Positions 21,561 to 32,300 of a DNA stretch of 64,000 bases are shown piece by piece. The DNA lies in assembly GCA_019912395.1 (NCBI GenBank), contig JAIOIH010000014.1:16800-80799 (forward strand), in the 5' to 3' direction. The stretch comes from Flavobacteriales bacterium. GTDB taxonomy: Bacteria; Bacteroidota; Bacteroidia; Flavobacteriales_F; PHOS-HE28. Both the position numbers and the translations under genes were made by a program. The notes under the pieces were generated by a model. The model saw only the letters and a list, made by a program, of their open reading frames with translations. It was not told the origin of the DNA and searched no databases. How positions within the stretch are numbered: the stretch's first letter is position 1; each line of letters begins with the position of its first letter.

Positions 21561-21597
21561 CAAAACGCAGATCGACCTATTTCTTGTCAATCACAGG

Positions 21598-23880
21598 ATG
21601 AGCCATCACTTATTACCGATCGCACATGCGGCCATGGACCAGCACGGAGCATGGCGTGTACCGCATGATCTGCTTGAACACCTTACTGGCGTTGCTTACC
21701 GCGCCGTTGTGAATGCCGCCCCTTTCGGAGGTGAAGATTGGGTGCGCATCTCCGCGATGCTGCATGACCTTGGCAAGTACCAACCCGATTGGCAGCACTA
21801 CATAAGGAAAGCAAGCGGTTTCGAACCTGAGGCGCATATTGAAAACAAAGGAGACCACCCTAATCACTCCACAGCAGGTGCTTTGTGGGCGCACGAGAAA
21901 CTTGGCCCAACGGGCAATGTGCTGGCCTATCTGATCGCAGGACACCACGCCGGACTGAGCGACTGGAACACGGAGAACTCCAACTTGGAGTATCGCCTCG
22001 GCCTTCCTGATAGCCGAACCGAACTCGATGAGAGCTTGAAAGGTGCGCCCGCCGAACTCTTGAATTCCATCGCACCACTACCCTCCCTACAGACCGTTCC
22101 CGGCACCAAGAACGGTTTCGCGCTCTGGGTCCGTATGCTCTTCTCTTGCTTGGTGGATGCGGACTTTCTGGATACTGAAGCCTACATGAACCCGGACAAG
22201 GGTAGCGAGCGCGGAAATTGGCCGCAGCTCTCAGCATTGCACGAGGCGTTCGATAGTTACATGACGGACAAGACGCACGGTGCTGCTGCCACAACGGTCA
22301 ACCGTTTGCGCGCGGACATTCTCATGCAATGCCGAGAGAAAGCACAGGAGGCTCCCGGCCTCTTCTCGCTCACCGTGCCTACCGGCGGTGGCAAGACGCT
22401 CTCATCCATGGCTTTCGCTTTGGAGCATGCCAAAGCGCATCCTGAGAAGCGCCGCATCATCTACGTCATTCCCTACACCAGCATCATCGAGCAAACGGCC
22501 GATGAGTTCCGAAAGGCGTTCGCGGCCGTGGGTGATGAGATGCTCATCGAGCACCACAGCAATGCCGAGGCCGATCCGAAGGTGGAGAACAGCCGAAGCC
22601 GCCTTTCCTGCGAGAATTGGGATGCTCCGGTAGTGGTCACCACCAGTGTGCAATTCTTCGAGTCGCTCTTCGCATCGAAGACCTCACGTTGCCGCAAGCT
22701 CCACAACATCTGCAACAGCATTGTGGTGCTGGACGAAGCGCAGTTACTGCCCCCGGAATTCCTCCAACCCATACTGGATGCGCTGAACCTATTGAGCAAA
22801 CACTACGGCGTTACGGTAGTGCTCTCCACCGCCACGCAACCCGCGTTGGCCACAGTGAACAACTACTTGGACGCGAGGAAACACATCCAGGGACTTGACA
22901 ACGTGCGCGAGATCATCGCCGACCCGGATGCGCTTTACCGGCAGCTACAGCGCGTACAAGTGGAATTGCCTGCGGAGATGAACTCGCACGCGCCTTGGGA
23001 GAACATCGCCGCGCGCATCGGCAAACACGAGAATGTGCTGGCTATCGTGAACACGCGCAAGGATGCGCGCGAACTGCACCAGCTTTTGCCCAAGGACACC
23101 TTGCACTTGTCCGCTCTCATGTGCGGTGCGCACCGCAGCGCGGTTATCGGGGACATCAAGCAGCGCATGAAGGATGGCACGCCGACACGCGTTGTCTCCA
23201 CCCAACTGGTCGAAGCCGGAGTGGATATCGACTTTCCCGTGGTTTACCGCGCAATGGCCGGACTCGATTCCATTGCCCAAGCCGCTGGAAGGTGCAACCG
23301 TGAAGGAAAGTTGGAATATGGCAAGGTGGTTGTATTCATACCGCCGAAGGACCCACCGAAGGGTCTTCTATTGAAAGGTACCAATGCCTGCAAGAGCGTA
23401 CTACATGGAAACAGCGCTGATCCGTTGGACAGGAAGTTGTTCGACGCGTACTTCACCAAGCTTTACTACGAGTGCGACCTGGACAAGAAGCAGATCCGAG
23501 TTGACCTGCGCATGGATGGCAAACTCGACAATACCCTTGCCGTGAACTTCCGCACCGCCGCCGAGAACTTCAAGCTGATCGAGGATGGCGATCAGGTCTC
23601 CGTTGTGGTGCGCTACATGGAGCCGGACAAGGAAGGGCGCACCATCGATTACTGGCTGAGCACCCTGAAGAAGGAAGGTCCACAACGCTGGCTGATGCGG
23701 AAGCTCCAGCGCTACATCGTGCGCATCCATCAGCGGCATGCGATGCCCATGCTCGCGCATGGAGACATCAAGGAACTCGTGCCTGGCCTCTTCGCGCAAA
23801 CGGCTGATGGCATCTACAACGCCGAATTCGGATTGCAACTTGACCACGTCCAACTCACTCCTGACAAATACATGGTTTGA
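21598..23880 (+). CDS. cas3: CRISPR-associated helicase/nuclease Cas3 (HD domain plus SF2 helicase), type I
   Basis: The N-terminal HD domain carries H...HDLGK motifs. Helicase motifs are present: TGGGKT (Walker A), DEAQ (motif II), plus a C-terminal domain. The start was set at the ATG at 21598 (MSHHLL) because the track's upstream extension from 21406 reads through a REP element. Confidence 0.9.
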   Translation: MSHHLLPIAHAAMDQHGAWRVPHDLLEHLTGVAYRAVVNAAPFGGEDWVRISAMLHDLGKYQPDWQHYIRKASGFEPEAHIENKGDHPNHSTAGALWAHEKLGPTGNVLAYLIAGHHAGLSDWNTENSNLEYRLGLPDSRTELDESLKGAPAELLNSIAPLPSLQTVPGTKNGFALWVRMLFSCLVDADFLDTEAYMNPDKGSERGNWPQLSALHEAFDSYMTDKTHGAAATTVNRLRADILMQCREKAQEAPGLFSLTVPTGGGKTLSSMAFALEHAKAHPEKRRIIYVIPYTSIIEQTADEFRKAFAAVGDEMLIEHHSNAEADPKVENSRSRLSCENWDAPVVVTTSVQFFESLFASKTSRCRKLHNICNSIVVLDEAQLLPPEFLQPILDALNLLSKHYGVTVVLSTATQPALATVNNYLDARKHIQGLDNVREIIADPDALYRQLQRVQVELPAEMNSHAPWENIAARIGKHENVLAIVNTRKDARELHQLLPKDTLHLSALMCGAHRSAVIGDIKQRMKDGTPTRVVSTQLVEAGVDIDFPVVYRAMAGLDSIAQAAGRCNREGKLEYGKVVVFIPPKDPPKGLLLKGTNACKSVLHGNSADPLDRKLFDAYFTKLYYECDLDKKQIRVDLRMDGKLDNTLAVNFRTAAENFKLIEDGDQVSVVVRYMEPDKEGRTIDYWLSTLKKEGPQRWLMRKLQRYIVRIHQRHAMPMLAHGDIKELVPGLFAQTADGIYNAEFGLQLDHVQLTPDKYMV

Positions 23881-24548
23881 ACATGAAACGATACTGCCTC
23901 GAAGTTACCGGCGATTATGCCTGCTTCACCCGTCCCGAAATGAAGGTGGAACGCGTGAGCTACGATGTGATCACGCCCTCGGCCGCCCGCGCGGTGTTCG
24001 AGGCCATCCTGTGGAAGCCCGCCATCCGCTGGCATGTGCGCAAGGTGGAAGTGCTCAAATCCGTGCGTTGGATGAACCTGCGGCGCAACGAGGTGGCCAG
24101 TGTGGTGAGTACCCGCAACGTGCAAACGGCCATGAAGAACGGCAAAGGCGACCTCGGAGTGTACATCGAAGACGACCGCCAGCAACGCGCCGGCCTTTTC
24201 CTACGTGATGTCGCCTATCGCCTGCACGCCGACCTGGAGTTCATCCGCGACAAGGACAAGGAAGGCAACGCGCGCAAGTACGAGGAGATGTTCGAGCGCC
24301 GCGCCCAGAAAGGCCAATGCGTGAACCAGCCCTACCTCGGTTGCCGCGAGTTCGCCGCGCACTTCCGGCTGGTCGAGGACCCGGCCAAGGAAGCCGCGCC
24401 CGTTGGCATGGACGAGAAGCTTGGCTACATGCTCCACGACCTGGATTTCTCGAACCCGAACGACCCTCAACCGAAGTTCTTCCGGGCCGAAGTGAAGAGC
24501 GGCGTGATGGAAGTGCCGGAGCTGGACCATAACACCGTACACGCATGA
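23877..24548 (+). CDS. cas5: Cas5c (Cas5d), type I-C crRNA-processing subunit
   Basis: 223 aa with a conserved Cas5 N-terminus (RYCLEVTGDYACFTRPE). It immediately follows cas3 and precedes cas8c. Confidence 0.88.
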   Translation: MNMKRYCLEVTGDYACFTRPEMKVERVSYDVITPSAARAVFEAILWKPAIRWHVRKVEVLKSVRWMNLRRNEVASVVSTRNVQTAMKNGKGDLGVYIEDDRQQRAGLFLRDVAYRLHADLEFIRDKDKEGNARKYEEMFERRAQKGQCVNQPYLGCREFAAHFRLVEDPAKEAAPVGMDEKLGYMLHDLDFSNPNDPQPKFFRAEVKSGVMEVPELDHNTVHA

Positions 24549-26296
24549 TCTTGCAAGCACTCAACGACTATTACCAGCGCAAGCAGGCTTCGCCGGATGC
24601 GAGCGACCGCCTACCCGCGTTCGGCCTGGAGGAAAAAGCCATTCCGTTCATCATTGAACTGGCTGCGGATGGCACGTTGGTGAACATCGCGGATACGCAC
24701 GAGGACCAAGGGAAGAAGAAAGTCGCCCAGAAGTTCTTGGTTCCGATGAGCGTCAAGCGGGCGTCCGGCGTCGCGGCTAATCTGCTCTGGGATACGGCTG
24801 AATATGTGCTCGGGGTGGGCAAAGAGGGCAGCAAACCCGACCGCGTCTTGGAACAACACACGGCCTTCCGAAAGCGCATAGAGAGGCTACCTGAACGCTA
24901 TAGGAGCGATGTCGGCCTCAAAGCCGTCCATCATTTCCTGGCGACCCTTGAAGTGGCTAAACTGACAACATTGTCTGCCTGGGAAGAGATACAGGCCACT
25001 AACCCCGTGATGAGCTTCCGCCTGAACGGCGACGCTCAACTTATCTGCCAGCGGTTGGGGTTAACCTCTGTCGAGGAGGGCGATGGCGACACACCAATCG
25101 TCAATGGCGTTTGTCTTGTGACCGGCGAGGAAACGCCCATTGAACGCTTGCACCCAGCGATCAAAGGAGTTTGGGGTGCACAGTCCTCCGGCGCTAACAT
25201 CGTCTCCTACAATGCCGACGCCTTCCGCTCCTATGGCAAGAATCAAGGCGACAATGCAGCTGTCGGGAAACAAGCGGCATTCGCATACACCACGGCCTTG
25301 AACCATTTGCTCGCCAGCGGTTCACGTCAACGTGTTCAGGTCGGAGATGCATCGACCGTATTCTGGGCGGATGAAGAACATGACCTGGAGAAGCTGGTGC
25401 CCGACCTGTTCGGAGAACCACCCAAGGACGATCCGGATCGGGGTACCGAGGCCCTGAAAGCACTCCATCAGTCAGCTCGTTCAGGCAAATTCGTGAAAGG
25501 CCAACCCGAGGACAAGTTCCATGTACTCGGTCTTGCGCCCAATGCCGCCCGCATCTCCATCCGCTTCTGGGAAACAGCATCGGCACAGGACATCGCCAAG
25601 CGCATTGAACAGCACTTCGAGGACATCAACGTCGCACGTAGCAAGAACGACCCTGAACACCTGTCGATCTTCCGCATCCTCTCAAGTATTGCAGCACAAG
25701 GGAAAGCGGACAACATCCCGCCCAACCTAAGTGGCGACATCATGCGCTCGATCATCGAGGCATTGCCCTACCCCGCGACCTTGCTCAACCTCGCTGTTCA
25801 ACGTTGCCGCGCTGAACAAGACGTACGGTACCCGCGCGCCGCCGCGATAAAAGCCTGCCTCAATCGCACCATTCGCCGCAACAACCAGAACACCACTGAA
25901 CCCGAAACACTTTTCACCGCCATGTTAGACCCGAACAACACCAACAACGCCTACCGGCTGGGGCGCCTTTTCGCCGCCCTGGAGAAGACGCAGGAAGATG
26001 CCAGCCCCGGACTCAATGCCACTATTCGCGACCGCTACTATGGCGCGGCATCAAGCACCCCGGCAGCCGTGTTCTCCACGCTGCTCCGACTAAAGAACCA
26101 TCACATCGGCAAGCTTCATGCAGGACAATCCGTAAACCGCGAGAAACTCATCGGAGAGATCATGAACGGACTCGACCGTTTCCCCGGTCATTTGCCCTTA
26201 CCGGAGCAAGCCCGTTTCGCGTTGGGCTACTACCACCAACGCCAAGATTTCTTCAAAGGAAAGACCGCCACACCCGACGAACCCACCAACAACTAA
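24545..26296 (+). CDS. cas8c: Cas8c (Csd1), type I-C large subunit
   Basis: 583 aa with the conserved Csd1 N-terminus [13 protein letters not shown], in the canonical I-C position. Confidence 0.88.
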   Translation: MILQALNDYYQRKQASPDASDRLPAFGLEEKAIPFIIELAADGTLVNIADTHEDQGKKKVAQKFLVPMSVKRASGVAANLLWDTAEYVLGVGKEGSKPDRVLEQHTAFRKRIERLPERYRSDVGLKAVHHFLATLEVAKLTTLSAWEEIQATNPVMSFRLNGDAQLICQRLGLTSVEEGDGDTPIVNGVCLVTGEETPIERLHPAIKGVWGAQSSGANIVSYNADAFRSYGKNQGDNAAVGKQAAFAYTTALNHLLASGSRQRVQVGDASTVFWADEEHDLEKLVPDLFGEPPKDDPDRGTEALKALHQSARSGKFVKGQPEDKFHVLGLAPNAARISIRFWETASAQDIAKRIEQHFEDINVARSKNDPEHLSIFRILSSIAAQGKADNIPPNLSGDIMRSIIEALPYPATLLNLAVQRCRAEQDVRYPRAAAIKACLNRTIRRNNQNTTEPETLFTAMLDPNNTNNAYRLGRLFAALEKTQEDASPGLNATIRDRYYGAASSTPAAVFSTLLRLKNHHIGKLHAGQSVNREKLIGEIMNGLDRFPGHLPLPEQARFALGYYHQRQDFFKGKTATPDEPTNN

Positions 26297-26310
26297 CAAA
26301 CGCAAGACCC

Positions 26311-27219
26311 ATGAGCCTGAATAACCGCTTCGACTTCGTCCTCCTCTTCGATGTGAAGGACGGCAACCCCAATGGCGACCCTGATGCCGGCAACCTGCCG
26401 CGCCTCGATGCCGAAACTGGCCACGGCCTAGTGACCGACGTTTCCTTGAAGCGCAAGGTGCGCAACTACGTAGGCTTGGTAAAAGGGGAGCAACCACCCT
26501 ATGAGATCTACGTGAAGGAAAAAGCCATCTTGAACAAAACGCACGAACGCGCATACGAGGCCATCGGCGTGAAGCTCGACGGCGAAGGCGACAAGAAGAA
26601 GCGCAAGGGCGGCGGCGATGACGTGAACAACGCACGCAACTGGATGTGCAAGAACTTCTTCGACGTGCGCACCTTCGGTGCTGTCATGTCCACGGGTGTA
26701 AACTGTGGTCAGGTTCGCGGCCCGGTGCAACTCACCTTCGGTCGTTCCATCGACCCCATCGTGGCGCTGGAGCATTCCATTACGCGCATGGCCGTTGCTA
26801 CCGAGGCCGAAGCCGAAAAGCAAGACGGCGACAATCGTACCATGGGCCGCAAACACACCGTACCCTATGGCGTGTATCGCTCACACGGTTTCGTTTCGTC
26901 CTTCCTCGCCAAGCAAACCGGCTTCGATGAGAATGACTTACAAATGCTCTGGGATGCCTTGAAGGCGATGTTCGAGCAGGACCGCAGCGCAGCGCGTGGA
27001 CAGATGGCAACGCGTGGGCTGTATGTGTTCCAACATGAGAGCGAGTTGGGCAACGCACCGGCCCATGACCTCTTCAACCGCATCACCGTTCGCCGCAAGG
27101 CGGATGTGGAGGTTGCCCGCGACTTCAGCGACTACGAAGTGCTGGTGAACGAGAACAACATGCCGCAGGGCGTGAAGCTCCTGAAGCTCTACGTGCCGGA
27201 AGTGCTGGAGGTCGAATAG
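26311..27219 (+). CDS. cas7: Cas7c (Csd2), type I-C backbone subunit
   Basis: 302 aa with the conserved Cas7/Csd2 N-terminus ([18 protein letters not shown]). Confidence 0.9.
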   Translation: MSLNNRFDFVLLFDVKDGNPNGDPDAGNLPRLDAETGHGLVTDVSLKRKVRNYVGLVKGEQPPYEIYVKEKAILNKTHERAYEAIGVKLDGEGDKKKRKGGGDDVNNARNWMCKNFFDVRTFGAVMSTGVNCGQVRGPVQLTFGRSIDPIVALEHSITRMAVATEAEAEKQDGDNRTMGRKHTVPYGVYRSHGFVSSFLAKQTGFDENDLQMLWDALKAMFEQDRSAARGQMATRGLYVFQHESELGNAPAHDLFNRITVRRKADVEVARDFSDYEVLVNENNMPQGVKLLKLYVPEVLEVE

Positions 27220-27232
27220 TGCGGCATGCCGG

Positions 27233-27853
27233 ATGGAAGCCCTCGCCCCCATCCCCATCTCCGCCCTGCAACACTGGATGTACTGCCCCCGGCAGTGCGC
27301 CTTGATCCATGTGGAGCAGGTGTTCGCGGACAACGTGCATACCGCACGCGGCAACGCCGTGCATAAGCTGGTGGACGAACCGGGGTACGAGATGAAGAAG
27401 GGTGTGAAGGTCGAGCGGTCGCTTCCCTTGTGGAGCGACCGCATCGGCCTCATCGGCAAGGCCGATCTGGTGGAGTTCCATCCGGATGGAACCGTGTTCC
27501 CCGTGGAGTTCAAGCACGGGCCCAAGCGCAAGCACACCCACGACGACATTCAACTCGCCGCGCAAGCGATATGCCTGGAAGAGATGCTCGGCAAGCCCGT
27601 GGCCAAGGGAGCCATCTACCACGCCAGCAGCCGCAGACGCCGTGTAGTGGACATCGGTGCAGGATTGCGGACCTTGGTGGTACGGACCACCGAAGCCGTG
27701 CGCGCCAACATTCAAGAGGGGCGCTTGCCACCACCCGTGAACGATGAACGCTGCAAACACTGTTCCTTGAATGACATCTGCCAACCAGGGGTTTTGGTTG
27801 ACAGGCATGTTCAAGCCAGTCTCCGAGCCCAACTTTATGAAGCGGATACTTGA
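27233..27853 (+). CDS. cas4: Cas4 (RecB-like nuclease with Fe-S cluster)
   Basis: 206 aa with an N-terminal Cys (YCPRQC) and a C-terminal CxxC...C cluster (CKHCSLNDIC), plus RecB-fold motifs. Confidence 0.88.
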   Translation: MEALAPIPISALQHWMYCPRQCALIHVEQVFADNVHTARGNAVHKLVDEPGYEMKKGVKVERSLPLWSDRIGLIGKADLVEFHPDGTVFPVEFKHGPKRKHTHDDIQLAAQAICLEEMLGKPVAKGAIYHASSRRRRVVDIGAGLRTLVVRTTEAVRANIQEGRLPPPVNDERCKHCSLNDICQPGVLVDRHVQASLRAQLYEADT

Positions 27854-28887
27854 TGCACCATCTGGAGAACACGCTATACGTAATGACGCCCAATGCATAC
27901 GCGCATTTGGAGAACGCCACGGTGCGCATCGACGTGGAGCGCGTGAAGAAGCTGCAAGTCCCTCTGCACCATTTGGGCGGTCTGGTGTGCTTCGGCAACG
28001 TCATGGTTTCGCCCGGTCTGATGCATAAGCTGGCGGACGAGGGGAAGAGCCTTGTGCTGCTGGACTACAACGGCCGCTTCAAAGCGCGGTTGGAAGGCGG
28101 TATCAGCGGCAACATCCTTTTACGCAAAGCCCAATACAAAGCAGCGGACAACCCGACGGTGACCTTGGAAATGGCACGTGCCATCATCGCGGGAAAGGTC
28201 AAGAACAGCCGCACCGTGTTGCTACGTGGGGCACGTGAAACAGACGATTCGAACGACATCGCCAAGTTGGATGCCGTTGCGCTCAGCCTTGCCCAAACGT
28301 TGAGCAACCTGAAGCACGCCGCTGACGTGGACACGTTGCGCGGTTTGGAAGGCGAAGCCGCCAAGAACTATTTCGGTGTACTTCCGCTCATCATCAAGCC
28401 GCAATACCGTGAAGCATTCGCGCTCAATGGCCGCACCCGTCGCCCGCCACTGGACCGGACCAATGCGCTGCTCTCCTTCTTGTACGCCATGCTCATGAAC
28501 GATTGCCGTTCAGCACTGGAAGCAGTTGGGCTGGACCCGCAACTCGGATTCCTCCATGCCGTCCGTCCCGGTCGCGCAGCACTGGCCTTGGACCTTCAAG
28601 AAGAATTCCGCTCCGTGGTCGTGGACCGCTTCGCGCTCACCCTCATCAACCGGGGCCAAGTGAACACCGATGCCTTCGACACCCGCGAAGGCGGCGCGGT
28701 GATGCTCACCGAGAAAGGGCGCAAAGCCGTGGTAGTGGCCTGGCAGGAACGAAAGCAGGAGATCATCACCCATCCACTCACCGAAAGCAAGATGCCCATC
28801 GGCTTGCTACCCTTCATGCAAGCCCGCTTCATGGCGCGTACGATCCGTGGCGAAATGGAGGGATACATACCCTACATGGCCAGATAG
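27850..28887 (+). CDS. cas1: Cas1 integrase
   Basis: 345 aa with conserved Cas1 regions, positioned between cas4 and cas2. Confidence 0.9.
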   Translation: MMHHLENTLYVMTPNAYAHLENATVRIDVERVKKLQVPLHHLGGLVCFGNVMVSPGLMHKLADEGKSLVLLDYNGRFKARLEGGISGNILLRKAQYKAADNPTVTLEMARAIIAGKVKNSRTVLLRGARETDDSNDIAKLDAVALSLAQTLSNLKHAADVDTLRGLEGEAAKNYFGVLPLIIKPQYREAFALNGRTRRPPLDRTNALLSFLYAMLMNDCRSALEAVGLDPQLGFLHAVRPGRAALALDLQEEFRSVVVDRFALTLINRGQVNTDAFDTREGGAVMLTEKGRKAVVVAWQERKQEIITHPLTESKMPIGLLPFMQARFMARTIRGEMEGYIPYMAR

Positions 28888-29178
28888 ATGCTCATCATTG
28901 CCAGCTACGATGTCTCTACCCTCACCGCAGGCGGCCGGAAGCGCCTTCGCCGTGTGGCCAAGCTCTGCGAACGCAAGGGCCAGCGAGTGCAGAAGAGCGT
29001 CTTCGAATTCGAGGTGAACCAAATGCAATATGAGCAACTTGAACGCGAACTGCTCGCCGAGATCGATGAATTGGAGGACAGCCTCCGTTTCTACCGGCTC
29101 ACTGAACCAGCACATTTGCGGGTGAAGCAGTACGGAAATTTCAAGAGCACCGACTTTGACAAACCACTTATAGTGTAA
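28888..29178 (+). CDS. cas2: Cas2
   Basis: 96 aa, conserved Cas2 N-terminus [10 protein letters not shown]; immediately upstream of the array. Confidence 0.85.
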   Translation: MLIIASYDVSTLTAGGRKRLRRVAKLCERKGQRVQKSVFEFEVNQMQYEQLERELLAEIDELEDSLRFYRLTEPAHLRVKQYGNFKSTDFDKPLIV

Positions 29179-29373
29179 CTTGAGGCAACGCGCCCTGCGC
29201 GAACCCTAAGTGACAATGAAAACCCAGCAGGTTCGCGACCCGCACAAAGCCTTGATCACCAACGGGTCGGAGAGACCTTGCCAAACGCTCTTTGTTTCCT
29301 GTTCCTTCGGTGCGATACCTTTCGCGCCAACCCGAGCCAAATCACACTGCCAGCAAGCGTTTGAAGTGGCGCG
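29179..29373 (+). promoter_or_regulatory. Putative CRISPR leader/promoter region between cas2 and the first repeat
   Basis: A 195-bp non-coding stretch lies directly upstream of repeat 1. The repeat orientation (…GGATTGAAAC 3') is consistent with transcription from this side. Confidence 0.5.
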
Positions 29374-32300
29374 GTTCGTCCGGCGCAATGTGCCGGACGC
29401 GGATTGAAACGCCTACGTCCTCGTGGATCTGCGTAACGCTCAGGGGTTCGTCCGGCGCAATGTGCCGGACGCGGATTGAAACCCTATCGTCCCGGTCCCT
29501 TCGTCCACGCTCAGAACGTTCGTCCGGCGCAATGTGCCGGACGCGGATTGAAACAGGCTACAGGACCGTGAGAACGCGCAGGCTAATGTTCGTCCGGCGC
29601 AATGTGCCGGACGCGGATTGAAACACAGTTACGGAAGCCGACAAGGTAGCCGAACTGGAGTTCGTCCGGCGCAATGTGCCGGACGCGGATTGAAACTTCT
29701 CGTCCTTGATGTAATCGTGTACCGCGAAGGTTCGTCCGGCGCAATGTGCCGGACGCGGATTGAAACATTTGCAAGCCCTCGGTGTATCCAAAGAGTAGCC
29801 GTTCGTCCGGCGCAATGTGCCGGACGCGGATTGAAACAGGCTACAGGACCGTGAGAACGCGCAGGCTAATGTTCGTCCGGCGCAATGTGCCGGACGCGGA
29901 TTGAAACCTCTACCAGAACGGTATGCTTGACGATTGCCGGGGTTCGTCCGGCGCAATGTGCCGGACGCGGATTGAAACACGAAGTCGCGGGCCTCTTGGC
30001 TCACGTCCGCAAGTTCGTCCGGCGCAATGTGCCGGACGCGGATTGAAACACCAACGTAGAGGTGGGCATGGACCAATACAACGAGTTCGTCCGGCGCAAT
30101 GTGCCGGACGCGGATTGAAACAAGGCATACAGCAGTTGCACGGCAGGCTTGAAGGAGTTCGTCCGGCGCAATGTGCCGGACGCGGATTGAAACAGGCCGG
30201 TGACAAAGGCAAGGATCGCCGCCTTTACAGTTCGTCCGGCGCAATGTGCCGGACGCGGATTGAAACAAAGGTCAGATAGTCGCCAACAGCCACCACGTTC
30301 GCGTTCGTCCGGCGCAATGTGCCGGACGCGGATTGAAACCGGGCAGCAGGTGGAGGACCATCCACCCCGCAGAGTTCGTCCGGCGCAATGTGCCGGACGC
30401 GGATTGAAACACGCGGTCCCTTCGGTACAAAGATAACACAAAAAGGTTCGTCCGGCGCAATGTGCCGGACGCGGATTGAAACACAGAACTGACCTTGCCT
30501 TTCGGCACCAGTACAAGTTCGTCCGGCGCAATGTGCCGGACGCGGATTGAAACCTCGTCCTTGGCCATGCTGCAAATGTGGCCGCAGTTCGTCCGGCGCA
30601 ATGTGCCGGACGCGGATTGAAACCTGGCCAACATGGATGCCGAGAAGGTTTCCAACGGTTCGTCCGGCGCAATGTGCCGGACGCGGATTGAAACAGTCGG
30701 TCAACCTTGGCGAGGACCTCGGCCTCGGTGGTTCGTCCGGCGCAATGTGCCGGACGCGGATTGAAACCTGATGGCCGCCAACGGCATGTTCATGGTACAC
30801 AGTTCGTCCGGCGCAATGTGCCGGACGCGGATTGAAACATCGGCAACTATCAAGGTGAATCCTCCGCGTGGGTTCGTCCGGCGCAATGTGCCGGACGCGG
30901 ATTGAAACATCCGCCACCTGTCATCGGCAGAGGTGAAGGAGGTGGTTCGTCCGGCGCAATGTGCCGGACGCGGATTGAAACTATTTGGTGGTTCGGGTCC
31001 TATCAACTTATATTTGTTCGTCCGGCGCAATGTGCCGGACGCGGATTGAAACACGGCCTCCCAATCCTCTTGGCTTTGCTCTTTACCGTTCGTCCGGCGC
31101 AATGTGCCGGACGCGGATTGAAACATTTTGTAGATGTTTTTTATCGCCGGAAAGCCTCGTTCGTCCGGCGCAATGTGCCGGACGCGGATTGAAACACAAG
31201 TCTCATGCGCTGTGCGCCGAACGTGCGCCTGTTCGTCCGGCGCAATGTGCCGGACGCGGATTGAAACCAATGATGGCAAGGCCGAACCGCCCCAAAAAAA
31301 GGTTCGTCCGGCGCAATGTGCCGGACGCGGATTGAAACGCCGAGGCGCACACACCCGTGGAGCGCGGCGACGAGTTCGTCCGGCGCAATGTGCCGGACGC
31401 GGATTGAAACCGCTGCTGGGTAGTCACCTGCACCACGCACCCGGTTCGTCCGGCGCAATGTGCCGGACGCGGATTGAAACTACTCCATCTGGTCCGATGC
31501 CAAGGACCGGGAAAGTTCGTCCGGCGCAATGTGCCGGACGCGGATTGAAACTGAGGTGATCACGCAACCCTTGTGGCGGCTGGCGGTTCGTCCGGCGCAA
31601 TGTGCCGGACGCGGATTGAAACCTGGAACCGGTACCGCGTGAACAGGCGGCGCGATGTTCGTCCGGCGCAATGTGCCGGACGCGGATTGAAACTCCAACA
31701 CGGTGATCTCTTTGAGGCGCATGCCGGAGTTCGTCCGGCGCAATGTGCCGGACGCGGATTGAAACTGAAACAATTAGAGATTTTGAAAATATATTTAAAG
31801 TTCGTCCGGCGCAATGTGCCGGACGCGGATTGAAACCTGAAGGTCTATCCACTGCCCGAAGGTGGCGCTCTCGTTCGTCCGGCGCAATGTGCCGGACGCG
31901 GATTGAAACAGCGCGTCTATCAGGTTGGTGTAGAAATCGCGCCCGTTCGTCCGGCGCAATGTGCCGGACGCGGATTGAAACCCAATCGGTACGGGGACCG
32001 CGTGCACAGCCGGATGTTCGTCCGGCGCAATGTGCCGGACGCGGATTGAAACGACCCGCATTGCAAGAGCTGCGATAGCGACCTGTGTTCGTCCGGCGCA
32101 ATGTGCCGGACGCGGATTGAAACTGGTAGATGTGAATGGTCTGCCCGGCCACCACCGGTTCGTCCGGCGCAATGTGCCGGACGCGGATTGAAACCCTGAC
32201 ATGTTGAACTACCGGAGCATCGTGGCGGTTCGTCCGGCGCAATGTGCCGGACGCGGATTGAAACTCCCTGCTCCCTGCCATGCTGAATGAAGAGCATGGC

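Noticed and set aside
21406-21597. N-terminal 64-aa extension of the Cas3 ORF in the track
   Set aside because: The extension reads through a REP-like element (…ETAGGGPACRHSADHWDHG…, which also appears as pseudo-ORFs at 40914 and 44113). The HD domain begins at the Met at 21598.
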